From NCBI RefSeq assembly GCF_006345805.1, contig NC_043017.1:3472001-3536000 (forward strand): a stretch of DNA of 64,000 nt, in the 5' to 3' direction. Origin of the DNA: Octopus sinensis (lineage: Eukaryota). The translations under genes and the position numbers were made by a program. The notes below the pieces were generated by a model. The model was not told the origin of the DNA. It did not search any database and saw only the letters and a program-made list of their open reading frames with translations. Within the stretch, counting starts at the first letter, position 1. Every line of letters starts with the position of its first letter. Below, piece after piece: positions 62,474-64,000 of the stretch.

Positions 62474-62864
62474 CTGTTACTATTATCGTTGTGGTTGTTG
62501 TTGTTAGGATCAATATTCTGTTTTTGTTTGGTAGTTTCATGCGAGTTTCTCCTGCGCCACCTGGTGCACCTCTGTGTTCCTGGGGTGTGTGCAGTATTGT
62601 GTTCCCATTTTTGTGGGGATTGGGGGGGAGTGTGGGCTCCTCCTGTTGGTGTACTGCATAAGTTTGTTTTATGGGCTTTAGTTTTTTTTATTTCTTGTTG
62701 TATTAGCTTTTGTTCCGATGTGTGTGGCGTTTGTTATGTGGAATTGTTGTTGTTGTTATTATTATTTAAAAAAATTTTTTCTGAACCCTTCGTGTATCAT
62801 CTTGTGTTGTCCTTTAATGTTTTGATTTATATTAGCCCTTGTGGCCAATAAAAAGAATTAATTA

Positions 62865-62899
<35 letters not shown>

Positions 62900-62907
62900 C
62901 ATTATCG

Positions 62908-63098
62908 TGGGCGTAGGAGTGGCTGTGTGGTAGGTAATTTGCTTACAAACCACATGGTTCCAGGTTCACTCCCACTGTGTGGCACCGTGTCTTCTACTAT
63001 AGCCTCGGGCCGACCAAAGCCTTGTGAGTGGATTTGGTAGACAGAAACTGAAAGAAGCCCAGTATGTATAGATATATATATTATATATATATATAATT

Positions 63099-63151
<53 letters not shown>

Positions 63152-63365
63152 AAATGTTTGTGTGTCTGTGTTTGTCCCCCGCAACATTGCTTGACAACCG
63201 ATGCTGGTGTGTTTACGTCCCCATAACTTAGCAGTTCAGCAAAAGAGACCGATAGAATAAGTACTAGGCTTACAAAGAATAAGTCCTGGGGTCGATTTGC
63301 TCAACTAAAAAGGTGGTGCTCCAGCAGGGCGACAGTCAAATGACTGAATTAAAAGAGTGAAAGAG
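62908..63365 (+). mobile_element. SINE family A, full length
   Basis: Family A consensus with an internal (TA)/(TG) tract. Confidence 0.85.
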
Positions 63366-64000
63366 TGTTATTACTATTATTAGGAAAGTGAAAGTAGAGA
63401 GGGAGGTGCTGCCTTCTGGTGTGTTCACTGAAAGGTAGACGAGAGTGGCATGGCTGGTGAGACAGAATGGATCTACTCTGAGCATGCTTTGCTAAGTAGG
63501 AGGAAAGGGGCTGGAAGATGGCACTTTCCATGCCTTGAAGATGGCAGAGTAATCTGGGTCTTTTGCATGGGGGTTTACCCCCCCTCCCGAGTACTCTAAG
63601 TTGACTGCCCTGCTATTGGGGATTCTGTTTGTTTATTAATTACTGTCAGTGTATTTATCGTTTGTCATATCCTTTAATGTTGTAGTGACTCCTTTTGATG
63701 GATGTAAACTCCACCTGCTTTGTCTGTTGTGTCTTGGGCCCTTGTGACCAATCAATGAAATCATCGTCATCATCATCATCATTGTTATTATACTTGGTAC
63801 TTATCCCATTGCTCGCTTTGCTGAACTACTAATTTACGTGGATGTAAACAAACCAACACCAGCTGTCAAGTACTGGTGGGTGACAAACACAGACACAAAG
63901 CCACACACAAACACACATAGACAGACACACACACATACATACATATATATATATACACACACACACATATACATACATATATACATACATGCACACACAC

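Noticed and set aside
62471-62851. Hydrophobic Cys-rich 126-aa and 171-aa ORFs
   Set aside because: They start in (ATT)n/(GTT)n tracts and continue through a GT-rich repeat 3' end also seen near 63570-63760; no recognisable domain.
49045-64000. GNL1 exon 5 (expected LSYFEHNLETWRQLWRV motif)
   Set aside because: Not found by eye in any plus frame; intron 4 probably extends beyond the window, though a missed exon cannot be excluded.

Overview
AT-rich animal genomic DNA, dense in microsatellites and SINEs; the repeat landscape suggests an octopod cephalopod (inference). Two genes lie head-to-head. An alpha-tubulin N-acetyltransferase 1 gene (ATAT1/MEC-17) is on the minus strand. I assembled 10 phase-consistent coding exons from ATG 21428 to TGA 559 (1287 nt, 428 aa), plus two candidate cassette exons and a probable non-coding first exon ending at 25900. 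The 5' part of a GNL1 large-GTPase gene is on the plus strand, with 4 exons from ATG 26829; exon 5 is not visible in the window. Introns hold tRNA-derived SINEs, RTE and CR1 LINE remnants, piggyBac- and Tc1-type MITEs, a mariner remnant, Helentron-like elements and tandem arrays. The standout observation is a set of hammerhead ribozyme (HHR) motifs. A tandem pair of canonical type I HHRs at 11068-11466 shows compensatory base changes and has cleavage sites 327 nt apart (retrozyme or Penelope-like). Two further Penelope-type HHRs lie at 15361-15432 (sense to ATAT1) and 49925-50012. Several long, near-perfect intronic inverted repeats also occur, including a 293-bp pair bracketing the ATAT1 catalytic exon. 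All exon and RNA structures were derived by hand; repeat boundaries are approximate.
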